From NCBI GenBank assembly GCA_021325135.1, contig JAJPHT010000029.1, positions 64,001-128,000 on the forward strand: DNA of 64,000 nucleotides. Direction: 5' to 3'. The translations under genes and the position numbers were made by a program. Shown one piece after another: positions 60,841 through 64,000 of this stretch. The notes under the pieces are model-generated. The model had not been told where the DNA came from, ran no database searches, and saw only the letters and a list, made by a program, of their open reading frames with translations. How positions within the stretch are numbered: position 1 is the stretch's first letter; each line of letters opens with the position of its first letter. Source of the stretch: Pseudomonadota bacterium. GTDB taxonomy: Archaea; Thermoplasmatota; SW-10-69-26; JACQPN01; JAJPHT01.

Positions 60841-61206
60841 ATGCGCTCCACCACGATCCTTCTGGCCCTCTCCCTCGCCGCCACCTTCCTGGCCTTTGCC
60901 GCCCCCGCCGACGCCTGCGCGGGCACCGCGTGCATCCCCGGCTGCACGCAGGACCGCTGCCCCCCCGGCTGCGGCGACAACATCGGCTGCTGCCAGCCCG
61001 GCAGCAGCATCGTGGAATGCTTCGTCCCCCACTGCACGCAGACCTTCTGCATCGACCTCCCGCCCGTGCCCCCCTGCGTGCGCCCGGACTGCATCCCCAC
61101 CTGCTACGGCCCCCTGTGCATCAACGACTGCACCTACCTCCTGGGCTGCCCCCCGAACCTGTGGTGCAACAACCTCTACTGCTACACGCCCCCGCCCCTG
61201 GCGTGA
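60841..61206 (+). CDS. Small secreted extremely Cys-rich protein (18 Cys in 96 mature aa)
   Basis: Signal peptide ending ADA, then CAGTACIPGC... Confidence 0.8.
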   Translation: MRSTTILLALSLAATFLAFAAPADACAGTACIPGCTQDRCPPGCGDNIGCCQPGSSIVECFVPHCTQTFCIDLPPVPPCVRPDCIPTCYGPLCINDCTYLLGCPPNLWCNNLYCYTPPPLA

Positions 61207-61256
61207 GGAGACCACCCGCGGAACGCTTTTGACCCGCCCCCGTCTACCCGCCCCCG

Positions 61257-61937
61257 ATGGCCTACGCCTGGCTCGTGCCGGCCCTCGCCGGCGCCGTGAG
61301 CGCGGTCTTCGCCTCGCTGGTGTGGGGGCAGTTCTCCGCTCGGCGCCGGCCGTTCCAGCTGGCCTGGGCGCTGGGCCTCTCCGCCTACTCGGCGGCCTCC
61401 TTCATCGAGGCCTACGTGAGCGGCAACCCGTGGAGCGTCGCGCTCTACCGCGCCTACTTCCCGCTGGCGGCCGCCACCGTGGGCCTGCTGGGGTTGGGCA
61501 GCGTGCTCCTGGCGCGCGTCAACGCGTGGACCGCCCTCTACGCCGCGCTCACGGGCCTCGCCGTCGTCGTCGCGCTGGTGGGCCCCTTCGCGCTGCCCCT
61601 GGACTCCGCGGCCTTCGCGGACGCGGGGCCCAGCCTGGGTGCGGCGCCCGTGCCCTTCAGCAACCCGGGCCGCGTCGCGTTCCTCGTGCTCAACATCGTG
61701 GGCGGCCTCGCCCTCATCGTGGGCGCGCTGTGGAGCTGGTGGCGCACGCGCCGCGCGGGCGTCCTCCTCATCGGCCTGGGCGCCATGCTCCCCTTCGCGG
61801 GCGGCAGCCTCAGCGACCTCCTCCACGCCGACGTGCGCGTGCTGCTCCAGCTTCTGGGCATCGTCGTGATGTTCGCGGGCTTCCTGCAAGGCCGCGAGGT
61901 GCCCAGCCGTGCGGCGGTCGCGGTGCCTGAGGCCTGA
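61257..61937 (+). CDS. Polytopic membrane protein (about 7 TM)
   Basis: Serial hydrophobic helices; high GC3. Confidence 0.75.
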   Translation: MAYAWLVPALAGAVSAVFASLVWGQFSARRRPFQLAWALGLSAYSAASFIEAYVSGNPWSVALYRAYFPLAAATVGLLGLGSVLLARVNAWTALYAALTGLAVVVALVGPFALPLDSAAFADAGPSLGAAPVPFSNPGRVAFLVLNIVGGLALIVGALWSWWRTRRAGVLLIGLGAMLPFAGGSLSDLLHADVRVLLQLLGIVVMFAGFLQGREVPSRAAVAVPEA

Positions 61938-62645
61938 TCACACGTCCAGGGCCAGGTGCCCGCGCCCAAGCCGATGCAGCACGGGGAGCGACACGTTGTA
62001 GACCGGCACGCCCCCGTCGGTGCGCCCTTCCGGCGCGCCGTGGTGCGCGTGGCCGTGGAACGCGACGGTGGCGCCCCCTTCGTCCAGCGCCTGCCCGAGG
62101 CGGCTGGAGCCCAGGAAGCTGTGGATCTCCACGGGCTCCGTCGCCACCGTCTCCAGGACGGGGCTGTAGTGCGTGAGCGCGACCTTCGCGCGCGTGCCCA
62201 GCCCCTTCAGCGCGGCGCGGAGCGCCTGCGCCTCGACGACGCTCTCGGTGACGAACGCCTTGAGGGCGTCCTCGCCGAAGGCGCGCACCGCGTTGCGCCC
62301 GAAGCCGCCTGCGAACCCCTTCGCCCCCGCGAAGCCGACACCTCCGATCTCCACGGCGCCGCCGCGGTCCAGCAGGTGGACGCCGCCGCTGCGCAGGATG
62401 CGCGCGACCTCCGGCGCGCAGCCCCCCTCGTGGTCGTGGTTGCCCAGGACCGCGACGACGGGCGCGTCCACGCCGTGCACGGCCTCCAGCAGCGCCTCCG
62501 CCTGCGCGGGGCGGCCGTGGTCGGTGAGGTCGCCGCAGAGGAGCACGACGTCCGCGTCGCGCGCGGCGTCGGCGAGGAGGTCCGCGAGGCGCTTCGCGTC
62601 GTCCCGGTCGCGGGCGTGCAGGTCGGCCAGGGCGGAGACGCGCAT
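61938..62645 (-). CDS. Calcineurin-like metallophosphoesterase (Icc-related)
   Basis: DLH, GDLTD, GNHD, HYSP, HGHAH motifs. Confidence 0.9.
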   Translation of the reverse strand: MRVSALADLHARDRDDAKRLADLLADAARDADVVLLCGDLTDHGRPAQAEALLEAVHGVDAPVVAVLGNHDHEGGCAPEVARILRSGGVHLLDRGGAVEIGGVGFAGAKGFAGGFGRNAVRAFGEDALKAFVTESVVEAQALRAALKGLGTRAKVALTHYSPVLETVATEPVEIHSFLGSSRLGQALDEGGATVAFHGHAHHGAPEGRTDGGVPVYNVSLPVLHRLGRGHLALDV

Positions 62646-62654
62646 GGGCGCCCC

Positions 62655-63440
62655 TCACTCGCGGCCTTCGGCCGATCCGAAGATGTCCGCCAGCGCCTTC
62701 TTGTGCGGGTCGGGCATGCCCCAGTCGTCGACGTCCACCTGGAAGCTCTGGATGTCCAGGAGCAGCGCGCGGAAGGGGCCGTAGCTGCTCTGGCTCTCCA
62801 GCGCCCGCTTCTCCAGGAGGTCCATGGCCGCCTGCGGCACGCGCTCGCGCCACCCGGGGTAGCCCCAGCGGTACATGTGCAGGTATGCGAGGACGAGGCC
62901 GGCGTGCTCGCCGCAGGCCTTCGCGAGGCGCTCCCAGTCGACGAGGTCCCCCGCCGCGTGGAGGATGTGGAGGATGTCCGCGCCGTCGAAACGATATCGC
63001 CCCGCGACGAAGATCTTGCTGAGGATCAGCTCCTCCAGGGGGACCATGCGCTGCTCGCGGCCGAAGAGCGTGGCCGGCGGCGCGTGCTCGAACCAGGCGT
63101 CCTCCACGGGGAAGAGACCGTTGGCGTTGCGCCAGATGACGTCCACGAACACGTCGCCCACGAACCCCTTGCCCAGCCACGACTCGTAGACCGTCTCGAC
63201 GCGGAAGCCCGCCTCGGCGAGGGCGTCCAGGACGCGCGGCGCGTCCCCGGGGCGGCAGAAGAGGTCGATGTCCTTGGTGTCGCGCCAGATGCCGGTGTAG
63301 TGGTTGAAGGCCACGGCTCCCCCCAGGAGGACGGGCACGCCGCGGTCGGCGAGAGCCTCCAGCGCGGCGGCGTAGACGCGCGCGTGCTCGTCCTGGAAGG
63401 CCGGCGCCGAAAGCCGGGTCGCGGGCGGGAGCTGGGCCAT
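62655..63440 (-). CDS. Pol-beta superfamily nucleotidyltransferase
   Basis: LGGAVAF...RDTKDIDLF, FVDVI, LILSK. Confidence 0.8.
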   Translation of the reverse strand: MAQLPPATRLSAPAFQDEHARVYAAALEALADRGVPVLLGGAVAFNHYTGIWRDTKDIDLFCRPGDAPRVLDALAEAGFRVETVYESWLGKGFVGDVFVDVIWRNANGLFPVEDAWFEHAPPATLFGREQRMVPLEELILSKIFVAGRYRFDGADILHILHAAGDLVDWERLAKACGEHAGLVLAYLHMYRWGYPGWRERVPQAAMDLLEKRALESQSSYGPFRALLLDIQSFQVDVDDWGMPDPHKKALADIFGSAEGRE

Positions 63441-63532
63441 GAAGCGCGCTTCGGGCACCCTCGGGGCTGGGAGGGCGCCACGTAAGAGCGTGTTGGCCGG
63501 GAGACAGATGGGCGCCCAGGCGGGCAGCCGCG

Positions 63533-64000
63533 TCACGCCGCGATGGGCCTGCTTGGGACGAGCATCGAGCGCACGTCCTCCTCCAGCGCGCTGGCGTCGA
63601 CCTCGCTGATGTTGAGCTTCGCGCGCAGGCCGATGAGCATGGCGCGCTCCTTGGCGCTCACGCGCCCGTCCTCCAGCACGCCTTCGAACGCCGCGCGGTA
63701 CACCTCCAGCTTCTTGAACGCGAGGTACTCCGGAGTGGCCTTGGCGCCGGGCATCGCCTTGTCCGCGACGCGCTCGGCGGCCTTCTGGATGGGGTTGAGC
63801 GCGAAGAGGAGGAGGCCCGCCGCGGCGCCGCCCACGACGACGCCGTACTGCTGGAGCCAGTTCTGCGCGATCTGGGCCACCACGAAGAAGACCGCCAGGA
63901 ACGCGCCCGCGATGGCGCTCACGCGGATGCTGCGCTTGATCTTGAGGTCGATGTCGAAGAGCTGGTACTTGACGATGCCGTAGGCGATGAGCGGCACGTA
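63533..64000 (-). CDS. Membrane protein, C-terminal part only (sensor-like TM region plus helical tail)
   Basis: YGIVKYQLFDID motif, two TMs, tail EDGRVSAKERAMLIGLRAKL; start lies outside the window. Confidence 0.65.
   Translation of the reverse strand, partial: YVPLIAYGIVKYQLFDIDLKIKRSIRVSAIAGAFLAVFFVVAQIAQNWLQQYGVVVGGAAAGLLLFALNPIQKAAERVADKAMPGAKATPEYLAFKKLEVYRAAFEGVLEDGRVSAKERAMLIGLRAKLNISEVDASALEEDVRSMLVPSRPIAA

Overview
Very GC-rich (about 70-73% by eye) archaeal chromosomal segment. TATA-binding protein, ZPR1, archaeal-type SepF, DUF1405 and a geranylgeranyl reductase, with non-acidic proteins, point to a non-halophilic high-GC lineage, probably Thermoplasmatota (inference). Housekeeping genes: thiolase, purM, split transketolase, thiamine pyrophosphokinase, thiBPQ-like ABC importer, YyaL, enoyl-CoA hydratase, uvrA, ZPR1, sepF, tbp. 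They are interspersed with many secreted or lipo-proteins, many of them small and Cys-rich. Best candidate for a new system: a RiPP-like locus at 56046-59709 with an ABC exporter, a large precursor (NHLP-like leader, GG site, Val/Ala-rich core, follower) and a YydG/EpeE-like radical SAM epimerase. Other highlights: two modules of a secreted Cys peptide plus a wHTH regulator or membrane receptor, a covarying REP/REPIN-like repeat family between convergent genes, a GTCACGTGAC palindrome array between ZPR1 and sepF, an att-like duplication of the tbp 3' end, SMUG1 and Stum/SPEC3-like proteins, and frame-independent GATATC enrichment. All family calls come from motif recognition by eye; no searches were run.
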